From Euprymna scolopes (lineage: Eukaryota), in assembly GCA_053919585.1 (NCBI GenBank), contig CM132818.1: 64,000 nt of DNA. The stretch is one strand, 5' to 3'. The position numbers and the translations under genes are program-made. Position 1 is the first letter of the stretch. Each line of letters starts with the position of its first letter. This document shows, piece after piece, positions 41,400 through 54,727 of the stretch. Under the pieces are notes generated by a model. It had not been told where the DNA came from. It worked only from the letters and a program-made list of their open reading frames with translations, and ran no database searches.

Positions 41400-41761
41400 T
41401 TTGCGGACTGTTATCCTCATCTTCATAGTTGTTGTTGTTGTTTCAGCATGTTTCGGCCAACTTATCCTCTGACCTTCTTCAGGTGATTAACTTGTAACTA
41501 TATCCCAAGTAATTACTGCCTTTCATAGTTGTTGTCTCACCACGTTTTTGGGCCAACTAATCCTTTGGCCTGCTTTGGTTAAAATTAAAACCACTATCTT
41601 CGGACAATTCTCACCTAGAGAGTCAATGCTTCTATTCACTGCACCATGAGCCCTGAAGGTGCAAAGTATCCCATCATGATTAATCACCTGAAGAAGGCCA
41701 GAGGATGAGTTGGCCGAAATGTGGTGAAACAATAACTATGGAGATAAGGATAAGTCTGCAA
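41400..41761. mobile_element. PLE-type foldback element with degenerate hammerhead-like cores in its inverted ends
   Basis: 41400-41490 is an inverted copy of 41680-41761, with a third partial copy at ~41521-41575. Plus arm reads TCAC-CTGAAGA-aGGCCA...TGGCC-GAAA-TGTG-GTGA. Confidence 0.75.
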
Positions 41762-42925
41762 AAAATAAAATAAATAATTTGTTATTTAAAATAATTAAAA
41801 ATGCAAAAGTTAAGTGTTTTATTCAAATATTCTTAACACTCAAACATGCCATTATTCTTGAAATAGACTTTAATAAAAAAAATTTCTGAATCGCTCTGAT
41901 TAGATAATGCAAAATTTGCATAAAAGATGAACACTTCTCCAACCATCAGATTCATCAAATGCTTAATAGTACTTTTTTATAATTAATATTACAATATTGT
42001 CTTACATTGTGACTCATAAATCCCTTATGTCCAGTCCTTAATTATGTACAATATTTTTATCTAATTAGAGAATGTGTATACCATTTTATGCATATCACAA
42101 ACTGTTGATTTGATCTCTGATCTCTTGTGACCATTTTCTTAAACATCAATTTTTATGCTGATCTTTTGAGATATTAAAGAATTTACTTTTGAGATTATAG
42201 ATTTCACAAACTCGTGGAAATTCTGTGGTTTAAGTATAAATAATTACCACAAATTAAAGACCAATTTTTTATGAGTGAAGGTAACAAAAAGAAAGTAGAC
42301 AGATCTGATATAAAGTTGAAAAATATGGTTAGTTAACAGGGAGAAAGAATATGTGAAGCTGGAGAGAGGAGATACATTAATATACACAAGGATAACAGCA
42401 AATATGTTGATTGGAACAAAACTACATTTTATGGTTCATTGTATAAAGCACAAAGAGAAACATTGGCTTCTAGGATTGAAAAAAACAACTATTTCTCTAT
42501 TTTTGTTTTTCAGCCTTTTTATAGATAATCAACTAGCTGGAATACTTTGGAATGGGTTCAAAATACTGAGGCCTGCTTGAAGAGAGGTTTTATTCTAAAA
42601 TACTTGTGTGCAATCAAAACATACAACTGCCATAAGTCAACAAGACTGAAATAATGTTTTGGGTGTCTCTGAAAGAATCTGTCCTTTATAGTTTATCTAT
42701 TACTAAAATCAAAAATGAAAATTTCATGCTCTATCAGGGATGAAAAATATATGATCAGTCTATATAGTCATGGATCATTTCCATCAAATTTTTAAAGTGT
42801 AAATTAACAAAATGGATGTCATGGCAGATTATGAAATCGATTATGCTGTATTCAAATTCTATTGGACTTTTTTTGTGTGTTCAATAATGCATTAATAATG
42901 TGTCAGAATTTTTTAAATGAGGATA

Positions 42926-43273
42926 ATTTGGATTATTCAAATTACTGTTGTCATCTTGGATGCTTTTCTCACACCATTGTAGCCTCCAATCTTCTTGTCA
43001 AACCTTGGAATTTGTACAGAATTTCAAACAGAACCCTTTATTTCAGTTCTAAGCAACATTATTCTGGAGGTTGAAGATCCAGTTCTTAATGTAGATGTTA
43101 CCAAGAATAAATTACAAATTATTTAAAGACTTTTAACTGGTCATGTCTGTGGATTAAATAAAAAGTTCCATTCAAAATTCTGTACAGATTCCTAAATTCA
43201 ACACGATGCACAGAAATTACATTGGCCAAAATGTTATAAAAATAACTTCCAACACAAGAGCAATAATCCAAAT
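42926..43273. mobile_element. Older foldback element, same family as 51261-51620
   Basis: Inverted ends ATTTGGATTATT / AATAATCCAAAT; inner inverted pair GAATTTGTACAGAATTT...TTTATTT / AAATAAA...AAATTCTGTACAGATTC; shares AATTTCAAACAGAACC.TTTATTT with the 51.3-kb copy. Confidence 0.6.
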
Positions 43274-43896
43274 ATTCCAATAAAATTCAAATGCACTAAA
43301 AATCTTTAGAAAGGTATGAACCCACACTAATTCAATCCCAAGAAATTTCAAGTTCCTGGGCTTGAAAGTAATTAATTTTCATGGATAGGTGCACTTTTCA
43401 TAGTAATTTGGATTTAAAATGTTTTTTTCTTTTCTGTCACATAAAGAAAGTGCAAATAGTTTTAGATGCATCTCTGTTTGAGTTTGAAAACGGATTATTA
43501 TTAAATGTGCAGATTGAATGGATGCATCTTAAAAATGGATCTGTTTGTTTTCTTTCACATTATAATGCTAACATTCCTTTAAATGTGTGGATTGATCAAT
43601 AGTCAGGTGACGTAGTTGTTAACCAATCAAAATTGACTGCTGAAAGTTGTCCTCCATTTTCTTTCATTTCACTCTTTATTGAATTAAAAAAAATTGTGTT
43701 TAATAGTTTTTTTTTTCTCGTTTAGTTCATTTGCATCTGCTTACATAAGTTTTCTGAAGCAAAAGAAAAATAAGTTCTATGATTTATGCAACTTCGTTTA
43801 AAAAAAAAACAACTTTCTCTTTATCAACTAGCCTTTAAACTAAGTAAAGGAAAACCGAAAACAATTCTGAAATTATATATGTATATACATATGCAG

Positions 43897-43931
<35 letters not shown>

Positions 43932-43935
<4 letters not shown>

Positions 43936-44075
43936 TCATCCACATACAGTATTGTTTTGCTGTATCATAGCTCATCAATGCAGCTGGACTAGAACCCATC
44001 CCTAGCCAGGGATTGAACTTACAACTATCTAATTGATAGTCAGCAGTTCTAACCTCCGAACCATGAGATCAGTGC
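43932..44075 (-). mobile_element. Possible tRNA-derived SINE abutting (TA)n
   Basis: Minus strand has A-box-like GGTTCGGAGGTTAGAAC and B-box-like AGTTCAATCCC. Confidence 0.4.
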
Positions 44076-44764
44076 CCAAAAACGACCTCATCAAATGTCC
44101 ATTTATAAAGACACTCGCCCACTGCTTTTACAGTGCTTGACCTGCTTGTTTATTTACAACAGTTAAAAGTGGAGTGAGTTTAGGGTAATTCTGCCATTAC
44201 TAAACACAGCAGTGTTAAAACTGTTAAGAGATGATGTATGGAAGTGAAACCTGTCCAGTAATGGTTAAGAATATGTGTTGTATAGAAAGAATTGATACGC
44301 AAACAATATCATATCATTTCACATGCATTTTGCTTCAACCATACTTATCTTTTTGCTATCTGTTTTAGCCTTATTCTTCCCCCCCCCCTTTGTCATATAT
44401 CTGAATGCCTGGCTTGCTTAGCCACCATGTTGACTTTGTAAATTGTTCTTATTATTCTCTTAGCCACCAGATACATGTTTTCATTCACTAAATCTTTTCA
44501 CCATTAACTCCATCGTTTCTAATTTTCTTTGATACACTTATCCACATCATTATTTCATCAGTGTCATCCATGTCTTGGAGACACTTTCATCTTCCAACAA
44601 GTCTCTTAGTGGAACAGATTTTGGGAAACCGTCTTTTCACAACAGATTATTTTTCTAAAAAAAAAAAAATTAAGTATAGTCGCTGTTTTCAAGAAGATAA
44701 AACTGACAAAGAAAAACGCATAAAATTAGCAGTTTAAATTAAAAAAAAAAAAAAAAAAAATTCA

Positions 44765-44806
<42 letters not shown>

Positions 44807-44900
44807 CAGGATATTCAGGATTCAGTTTATAATTTTTTAATCTTTTATTTCAAAAACGTGTTTAATATTAGCGGGTAAAGAGAGGAGCAGCCTTGCCAGC

Positions 44901-45385
44901 CATAAAATACGCTTGAATATATTTTAATTTGTGCAGATTTCATATTTATTATTACAGAGCAAATTCTTAATTGAATTTTTTATATAGTTTTCGAAAGTTA
45001 AGAAAAAATGATAGGTGGCATCATATAGAATCGAAACCAAAACATTTAGCACTCCAATTGCATTTAGCACTCCAGTTGCATTTAGCACTCCAGTTGCATT
45101 TCCCAACATTTGAGCTATCAACAGATATAAAAATGATTTCAAATTAAACCACTTTTAGTTATGAATGAATTTGCACATGCACAAAAGTAATAGAAATATG
45201 CCGACAAGTTGAAATGAACATTTTACATTTCAACTTGCTAACATTTTTCTGTACGCATTATTCATCCATCCAAACAAAGATTTTACTCGTTATAAACCAT
45301 CCTTGGTGCATGATTACTGTTGCCTATTAATTACAGTGTTATGTGATCAGTAGTTTAAGTGTTTATCGGTTAAATATTTTCACAC
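44901..45385. mobile_element. Dispersed repeat, copy 2 (see 34858-35310)
   Basis: Collinear similarity to copy 1; internal stem CAAGTTGAAATG / CATTTCAACTTG. Confidence 0.85.
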
Positions 45386-47182
45386 GCTCATACATTTATA
45401 AATCTATTATTTTATTTGGTATAGTGCAATGGGTAGGTGTTTCTGTATACTGTTTGATGAGTTTGAAATGTTAACAGGAAAAAGGGCTGTCCCCTTTACA
45501 TGTAAATATGAACATTAGAAAAGTGAAAATGAGATTAGGATAAGCTGAGGCTCGAACCTTGTAAGCAAGGTTCAGAAACCAATCATATGAATGGATTATT
45601 TACTTTATGCATTGATATGCCACAAGATAGCCAAATCAAATATTGTTAAATGTAAGTCTTATATTTCTATTTATTTATGTCACTTTTGTGTCGAGCGGCT
45701 TTTTATTTTCTTAAGTTAAACCTGTTTTTCTATCGGTTGTAAACTTCACAAGAGTTTTTTTTCCCTTTTGATGGTGTATCATTTCTAAACGTGAGTGTAA
45801 ATTTTAGATGATTCATGTTTTGCCAATTATTCACAGTTGCGGATCTTAAATTAGTATGACTAACCATTCTTAACTGCTATTTCATACAAGATTTAAGTTG
45901 ATCATTAGTCTTAATCTTCTAATCTAATATATAAAATAAACACTGTCTATTTCTTACTGTTTAACATTGCATTAAACAAATTGATATTTGAGTCTGACTA
46001 GTCAGTCATTTAAAAAATTCAGTCAGTGTCCTTTCTAAAAAATAATTGCAATTCTAATCGATTTCACTGGTTACATGTTCTATCCAGTCCAATAATTATT
46101 TTAGTAATATACATTTTCTAAGATTCATTCTTTTTTTCCAATGTTAAGAAATTAAATGATTTCATTGAAAACCCGTCAATATTGATAATTGTTCAATGAA
46201 TTTTTATTGAATAATTATCACTAGAGATCGTTAATGAAAATTAATGAGAATCTATCATCTAGCGACTTTTTTTCTTACAGCTTAAATAAATGTTTTGAGA
46301 TATTAAGAACTTGAAGCATCAAAATAACTGAATTTATCATTTAATAAGCCAGAAAGGGTTGATATTCTGTAAAAACCAATGAAAACACCAGTGCAGATAT
46401 TCAAGGAATGACATTTGGATGCTTCAATATTTGCAGTTCGATTATTAGGATAAAATCATATGTTATCAAATAATCAGATGGTTTGTTCTTCCTGGAATTT
46501 TGTTTATTTCAGACGGGGTGACTGGATGGCATCAATTGTTAGTGATCTTGTGCCATGAGTCAAGTAGGACATCATCTCTGATAATGTCATTCAAACAAAA
46601 CAAAAATTAACGGATTCTCAAAATAATGACATTTTGACTTGTAACCATTTTAATTTTATTTCTTTTATAACTGCTTCTTTGATAATTTCTTTAAAATAGT
46701 TGTATTTCTAGTGAACAATCTCCTGCTTCCAAAGATGCTTTAAAGACAAATTCCTGCAATAGGTTTTGATGAAATAACAATCGTCTTTAAAGAAAGAGGA
46801 GAAATATTAAGATTTATTCCTTTCTAATGGAACATATTTGCACCAGTTTTATGGACAAGAGAGTAAAAAGTTCATCAAAAATCCTTGTCTAATTTTAATC
46901 AAAATCTATTCTATATAATTTTGATTCTAGAAAATGTCTAAAATTTAAGGCTTAAGGGGTCTTAAGAAATAATTGAACTTCAAAGAATCCTGCTTAATTG
47001 CTGTATGATGTTATTGATCAAATTTAATGCAAACCTGAAATATTTGAGTTTTCAAATGTGAGATTGTGTCAATAGGCTCTTAAAAACTTTGAAAATATTC
47101 CTAAGAAACTGAAATTTGGGAAATAATTATTGTCAACATTTCACAAGTTATCTAAATTTTCACACACAGACCCTTTTATAAA

Positions 47183-47457
47183 TGTTGTGGTGGCACACAT
47201 TCATTTGCATATGTGGATAGTAATTACACATAAATAGGAAGACTCAGTTAGTCTGAGTGTGTGTTCACCAGAAGCCACCGAAGGCCGCCGAGAGCAGATA
47301 TGTTTCTCCAGCAAAGACTCTCTTATTTGACACCATTATGTAAATATCCTGTAAATATACCTTTTCCTAATACACTTCTTATTTGATCTACATTTGTTTG
47401 TTGAGTCGTCATTTGTATTGCTTTCTACGTTACTTGTTTCAACCTGCAAACTTAACA
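47183..47457. mobile_element. Solo LTR (275 bp) with 5-bp TSD
   Basis: Ends TGTT...AACA, flanked by ATAAA at 47178-47182 and 47458-47462; CATAAATA TATA-like motif; GC-richer than the flanks. Confidence 0.75.
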
Positions 47458-48378
47458 ATAAATATTTAAACTTTACATTAAACTAAATATAGATTACATT
47501 ATGACCCATTATGCATAGCGACTATGTTCAAAAATTCATAATGATAGGTTCATTAGTTTAGGAGTGAAATCTGTGCCGACACGTATATAAACATATACAC
47601 ATGTCTTATATTATTTTTTCTGCTGGTGAATTGATGTTGAATTTTATGAGAAGTAAAGTAAAGATAAGAGACACAAAAGTAGATCAGTCTCATTAAGTCT
47701 CATTAAGTCTTTGGGGAAGGGGAAGGGGTAAAATAAAATCTTTTTCTTTTGGATATTTTCAGATGATGAAAGGCTTAATTAATATAAATGTTTTCTCCTT
47801 AGATATGTGCAAAGATTGATGTTTTTATTTTGGTTTAGAGCATTAATGAACTGTAATACTTGACTTTTGCTTTTTTTATCTTTAATGCAAACAAGTGATT
47901 ACTTTCTAATCACCAGTCTAAAAGCTTTAAACTATTTTTAACTTACAAAGCATCACAAGTAAAGAGATGCCCAACATTTTTCTGGACTTTTTCTTTGTTT
48001 TGAATGTTATATTTTTATTTTCTAAAACTTGACTTTGACAGAATGTAATATTACATTTTTGTAGTACCCCTCCATCTATATTTGGATGATTTTGTCAAAT
48101 AATCTGTTTGGAAAACTATTATTTAAAATGGACTTTTCTGTACTTATTTTGATAATAGGGTTGTTCAATTTGTTCTTGCCACATCTTGAAATGTTTGTAA
48201 AATGCACCAATAAGAATTCAGTTGGTTGCATCTGTGTTGCAAAACCTTCACAGCTCAACATCATGATATGCTTGCCTAACAAGATGATTTATTCGGTTAA
48301 CTAGTTCTGCAAGAGATTCACATCTATCTATCATTTTAATTAATGCTTCGACGCTGTTTGTAAACTCACTGTATTCAG

Positions 48379-48428
48379 ATGGTTGTCAAGATATTCTCTG
48401 ATGTCCGATGCAATGTCATCTGAAAATG
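48379..48428 (+). CDS. Candidate small exon with possible start codon (ATG 48401: MSDAMSSEN, phase-1 end)
   Basis: gtattcag acceptor and a strong donor ATG|GTAAGC at 48428/48429; no homology recognised. Confidence 0.25.
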
Positions 48429-50239
48429 GTAAGCAACATTTATCATCTCTGAATCTGTTAGTTTGTAAATCCGTTCTTTTTAAAGCTGTTAGTTTGGGCT
48501 TTTGATTCAATAATTTTCCAAGAAAAGTTAGGAATATTTGATCTACCTGAGACTACTCTATTGAAGAGTTTTGGGTTAGTCATTTTGTTTAGATATATTT
48601 ATGAAAGTAACAGATCGTTTAAACAATAATTTATAAAAAGTTTTGTTTAGATATATTTATGAAAATATGATCGTTTAAACAATAATTTATAAAAAGTTTT
48701 GTTTAGATATATTTATGAAAATATGATTGTTTAAATAATAATTTATAAAAATAATTAAACCAACAAACTACATTAAGAATGAAAAAAAGCAAAAGAAAAT
48801 AGTCACACAAAGCTGTGACCTTTTTGAGGTTGAATGCTTTTCTTTTGTTGTTTTTCAAGATCATTCTTTCCTTTGTTGTAGATGTTTCATGGGAATCTCT
48901 TAAAGTCAATCTTTTCTTTCGTGCAGATGGCCAGGAGAATCTTAGGATTTAATCTTGGTTAAAGCATCAAATGTAGTCCTATTTACGATAGAAGTCAGTC
49001 AGTCTCTCAGAGTTATGATTTGATCATAAGCTTTTCAGATTCGTTATTTATAATCAAAACAAGTGTCTTTAGGTTACCTATCACTCCAATACATATAACC
49101 ATTTATTTGTTTAAAATTTAACAACATTTTTATCATACAAAAAATGTGTTGACTCCCAATTTTTTAAATTATTATTATTTTTTAAATTAAACTTAATTAA
49201 AATTGCACCAGTAAAATCATTGCATTAAGTTTGTATTATTAGAAGAAAAATTTTTTAAAATATTTTTCATCATGTCAGAGTTCACTGTATAAAAAATATC
49301 AAGATGTCTGCTTCAATATTCCATGCTCTCTAAAATTTACCTTTGCCAAGTATTAAAATATCTCATTCTCTGTGCTCTTTTCATATGCTTCTATTGCAAA
49401 ATTTATTTAAATTTTAGAATTGATACAATCCCTCTAAATAAAATATAAATAAAATTCAGCAAGACAACATAAATTCCAACTTGTGTTTTTGTACAGTAAA
49501 AAAAAGTTTCAAATATTTAAATAAATTTTAAAATTGAAAGAAAAAAAACATGAAATTTCAAATAAAAAGTATTTTACATTTATTTGCAATATTACTTCAT
49601 AATGTTTATTTTGAGCATTTCCATTCAGTTATTTTCAATATATTTTTATTCAAAATTATTTTACCGCTTTTTTAATGTCATTTTAAAGTAATCTGCATCA
49701 TAAACAACAACAACAACCTAACAATCATTTTCCCCAGTAAAACATATCAAAACGGCACATTTAATTCAAAGTCTGAACCTCTCGTCAATTGCTTTTGCTG
49801 TTTAAGTAGTATGACTCCATCCACCCACAAAAAGCGAGGGAGGTGTGTTGGGGGGGCTTAACGTTTCGAACAAAATAGATATTCAAAGTTTTAATCGTTA
49901 TGAAATCTTGGATGAAATCAAAAAGCTTTTCCTGTGGCTTACACTTGACTTCTGTACGAGATATATAGATATATAGAATATATAGATATATAGAATATAT
50001 AGATATATAGATATATAAAATATGTAGATATATAGAATATATAGAATAGTAATTTATAAAATATATATGGCGATTAAGCTACACTGAATGTTCCGCGTTT
50101 CATCCACTCTAGGACTCTTCACTGTTCTTAAAGTATTTTTCCATAAATATAGAATATATAGATATATAGAATATATAGATATATAGAATATGTAGATATA
50201 TAGAATATATAGCTATATAGAATATATAGATAATATATA

Positions 50240-50284
<45 letters not shown>

Positions 50285-50962
50285 CAAGTGTTCCATTAAA
50301 TTTCTTCTTTACCTTTCAAACAGTTAGAATATTAAAGAAGTCAAGAATATTAATTTTCTCTCCCCAATTGGCCAGTTAACTGTTATAGTATCTTTCTTGT
50401 GGTCTCTTAGTCTTATTAGATTCCAGGTCAAGAATTCGGCTTGTTGCTGGTAATAGAGGCAACATCACTTAGAGAACGTGTATCATTCTTCATAAAAACC
50501 ATACTGAAAGGATCTTATTTAGGCTTTGAATACTATGTCATTTTGAATATTTGGTTATGGTTTATTTTTAAGGGAAGTATCCTCATGACAAAGCGCTATA
50601 CAAAGAGACTTTAGACACGCGAAGACAGTCGTAAGCATTCAGATTCTCTCCTCTCTCTGTGTATTAAATGTATGAAAAGGAAATTTAAAACATGAAATCA
50701 AATTTCACTAATTCCATATACTAACCTGTGTGTGTGTGTCCTATAAATGTAACATGTATTTATTGTATACAAACAATAGTTGTAAAATTTGTATAAATAC
50801 AAAATCTTTTTTACATCCAAATATGTCTATGCAAACGTAAACTCTGAAATGCCATATTTATCTACAAATATATGTAAGCATATTTCTATGTAGTTATAGA
50901 TATATATGTATAAAAACTGCTTTTTTATCTTCTGAAAATGTTTATATTGGTGGTTATTTCAG

Positions 50963-50980
50963 CCTGAGAATACTTGAGAT
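50963..50980 (+). CDS. Candidate 18-nt microexon
   Basis: ttatttcag|CCTGAGAATACTTGAGAT|gtaagt; frame-preserving length, with only one open phase (LRILE). Confidence 0.25.
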
Positions 50981-51260
50981 GTAAGTCAGTTTGGGTGCCC
51001 CCTCTTGACAGCCCCCTCTTCTCCCACAATGTCTTAAGATAACATAAAAAACATCTGCCTTTTTAAAGTTTTCACTTGTTTAAGGACATAACCAAACTGG
51101 TCATGGCAGTAGGATCGTGAGGAATGCTTATCTTGAAGCTTATCTGATTTTACCATTCCTTCTAAAATCTTTACAAATCGTTTAAGACACACACAAATAA
51201 GGATGTGGATGTGCACATATATTTTCTTTTTAATCTTGGACACACACACACACACACACG

Positions 51261-51620
51261 TATTATTTGGATTCTTCGAACTACTGTTCTCACTGTGAAT
51301 GATGTTTGCATAACGTTTCAGTCAATGTAACCTCAACCTTTGTCAAATGAATCTACCTGAGAATGTGCATGAAATTTCAAACAGAACCTTTTATTTAATT
51401 CATGGGGGTAACATGTTCTTGTTCCATTAGCCATGACTGGGTAGAAGTTCTATGCAATTTCCAATTGTATTTTTGGATCACCTACACTAATGAGTGAGCC
51501 ATCAATCTCTAGAATAGTGTAACTTTTACAACTGAATTTTACCAAATACTTTATCCACTGCGCTTCGCTTACTTGATAAAATATGAGATAAGAACAGTAG
51601 TTCAAAGAATCCAAATAATA
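51261..51620. mobile_element. Foldback/MITE-like element with 30-bp inverted ends and decayed hammerhead-like core
   Basis: TATTATTTGGATTCTTCGAACTACTGTTCT / AGAACAGTAGTTCAAAGAATCCAAATAATA (1 mismatch); minus strand tTGACAA-aGGTTGA...TTGACT-GAAACGTT at ~51311-51347; lies near (CA)n and (TA)n tracts. Confidence 0.75.
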
Positions 51621-51659
51621 TGAATAATCAATTCCCATCTCAAAAATTCAGAATCGTCA

Positions 51660-51717
<58 letters not shown>

Positions 51718-52477
51718 CACAAGAAATATAATAAAAAATTTTCTAGTGAACAGGTATTCGGATGTTAACAAAGAAAATCATGATTTATATATTGTTTTTT
51801 ATTTATTTTCATTATTTTGTTAAACACTAAGGATGTGGTTCAGAGGTGGAGATAGTCTTTGGGCCTGCCTCAATTTTCCCGGCAATGTCTGGGCATGGGT
51901 CTCACTAATTTACAATAAAACTGGAAACTGTATTGCTAATTATTTTAATTTTTAACATTGCTTTATCCAATTAAATATTATTTTCTTAAAAATCTAACCG
52001 TTCTTAACGTATTTTTCCGTAAATTATACCATAAATAGTTTTTCATGAGAAAAACATCTAAAATTATCATAGCACCAAACTGTCTGCATCAGCATGTTTA
52101 TTAATTTTAACTTCACGGTTGATTTAATTTCTTTTCTTCTTCATATCAAGGTTTCTAGTTTAATGTCATTTTTTTTATTAAAATTTTTTTTTATAAGGGA
52201 GTCATTTTTTCTCTTGTGTAATGACTAATTATTATTCCACATCTAGTTGCATAAGGCCATGTTAAACTTTGTGACTCATTCACTGTTGAAATACAAAAAA
52301 GACATGATTCATTTTAAGCAGTTAAAACATTAAAACATGATGACCATGATGACATAAAAAATGTACTTTGATTTTTTTTTTTTGTTTTTTACCAAATTAA
52401 TTATGTTAATCAAATTTTGAGATTTCATTAGTCATTAAATTATTAACTAGTGTTGTTAAAGTAATGTTTTATGATTC

Positions 52478-52719
52478 ATAAAATTATTGGATATAATTTA
52501 TAAAATTATTGGATATAAATTATAAAATTATTGGATATAATTTATAAAATTATTGGATATAATTTATAAAATTATTGGATATAATTTATAAAATTATTGG
52601 ATATAAATTATAAAATTATTGGATATAAATTATAAAATTATTGGATATAATTTATAAAATTATTGGATATAATTTATAAAATTATTGGATATAATTTATA
52701 AAATTATTGGATATAAATT
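52478..52719. repeat. 22-bp minisatellite (ATAAAATTATTGGATATAATTT) x11
   Basis: Direct read. Confidence 0.96.
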
Positions 52720-52877
52720 GCTCCACAAACTCTCAATCCTTAATGAGGATTAAAATTTTTAATATTAGTTCTTTTTTAATTTTTTAAATCCCTTATGGTA
52801 TGTATTAGGGGGTAGAGTGAAAGAGAACATACCTAAACAGCAAAAAATAAAGAAAAGGTTCAAACTTTTAATCGTTC

Positions 52878-53460
52878 TTTTTTTTTTTTTTAAACTGGGA
52901 AGGTCCCCTCACCACTTATCAATACCCGGAGGCCACTCTAGGGTAAGGGGTTAAATGTTAGGTGATAAGACAACAAGGTCATAGTGAAAGGTAGGGCCAG
53001 ATTATCTAAGAGGATGGTTCAGCAGGAATTTATTCACATTGGATTTAAAGATGACCATGTTATAGTCAGCAGGGAAGCATTCCACAGGCAGACAGTTTTA
53101 AGAAAGAAACTCTGCTCATGGAATTTTTGTTTAGTTTTAGGCATACATAGAGAATGCGGAAGTTGTTAGTAGTTGTAGCTTGGTATGTATTTGTTGTGAA
53201 CGTTTTACAAGGAGGGACCATAGATTAGAGCTCTATCGAACTCCTACCATAAAAATAATGATAGAACAGAAACAACATCTCTTCTGCGAAAAAGAGGAAT
53301 TAGGGAATTGAAAAGGTCATCATCTACTAAATTACAAAAATGGTTTTGTACCCTATTAAGGCAAGAAACGGTGCTTTTGAGCACAATATAGCAACATTAC
53401 TCAATCCTAGGGCGTAGTTGACTCTTGTACAGGTGGAGGATTGCTTCTGGAGTAGTAGAC
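52878..53460 (-). mobile_element. CR1-group LINE 3' end (ORF2 C-terminus, 3'UTR, poly(A))
   Basis: Minus strand: TPEAILHLYKSQLRPRIE*CCYI...LNRVQNHFCNLVDDDLFNSL...FHEQSFF...FPADYNMVIFKSNVNKFLL; poly(T) on plus at 52878-52891. Confidence 0.85.
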
Positions 53461-53586
53461 CTCTTTTAATTTTTTAAATCCCCTTGGCATTACTGGGAGG
53501 GGAAGACATACCTAAGCATCAAAAAACAAAGAAAGGTTTGTAGTGAAATAATGTGTGCTCTTTTCATAAGTTTTATTTATGAAATA

Positions 53587-54727
53587 ACTAGCAGGGTCAA
53601 TTAACTGGTGTTGCCGGGTGGTAGCACCCCCCCCATCCCGTATACAAAATTAAAGTACGGTTGGTGTTGTTGTTGTAGTCCAACCACCAACCTCCTCATG
53701 TTAAGAACGGCAATTAGAATGAACACCCCAACCTGCCTATGTTAAGAATGGCTTTCGCAACAGACACCCCATTTTGTGAGTGTGGGTGTGGTTGGCAAGA
53801 AATTAGCCCGAAATATAAGGTATGTAATTATAAAAAAACAATATATTTTGCTTTGTGACCTATTTGGGTCAAAAATTAATCACAAAACATTAAATAATAG
53901 TTATGATATATTTAATATATCTATATAGTACGCACAAATAGTTTTAAACTTCAATGGTATTTTGCATTATGATGTATTTGTGTGTAAAAACAAAAAAAAG
54001 GAACATTTAATAATAGTTAATTGCAGTGCGAGGTCTCCGGAAAGAAAAATCTATAAAAATGTAAATATCAGAGCTTACCGGTTGGAGCGCCCCCCCCCCT
54101 CCATTAAAACTAAAAAAGAAAAAAGTGAAAAAAAAATTACCTGCATTAGTGAGGCACTGCTATATGATGGCAGAAGGAAAAAGATGTAAAAAAAAAAAAA
54201 AAAGAGTCAAATGGGTCATGGTGAAGCTATGACGTTTGGAAGTATGAAAGCTCTCTTTCTCACAATGATGTCAGCTCTCTCTCTCTATTTATGTATCTTT
54301 CTATCTATCTATCTCTGTTGGCAAGTTGTATGAAGACTCGCTAACCCTATATCGAGCAAAAGTGGTAAGAGTATGCGATGTGTATATAATTAGTAGCCAG
54401 TTAATGACGGCATAGACACAGGAAAGCAGGAAAAAGTATAAAATTATGTGGTGATGAATGGGGTCGTAAAAGGACTTATGGAATAGGGGGTTAAACTGGA
54501 ACTACTTCCTCTGTAGGTTCTAGCATTGATGACGATGTCACTCCTAGGAGTAAATGCAATGTTTTAATATTATAAATTAATGTGTCTAAAATGTCGTTCT
54601 ATAGTCAAATACGGTAATGGCTAATAGTGTAAACCTAATAAATTTGTATGTGCCATCTGTTGTTGTAAACCTATGGTATTTTGGTCCAGAGAGAAAAAAC
54701 TGCACCTCTTTTATTATATATAAGGAT
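53587..54727 (+). mobile_element. Non-autonomous Helentron/DINE-like element
   Basis: Begins ACTAGCAG...CTGGTGTTGCCGGG and ends ...CTCTTTTATTATATATAAGGAT, both typical of HINE/DINE-type termini; the internal extent is inferred. Confidence 0.45.
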
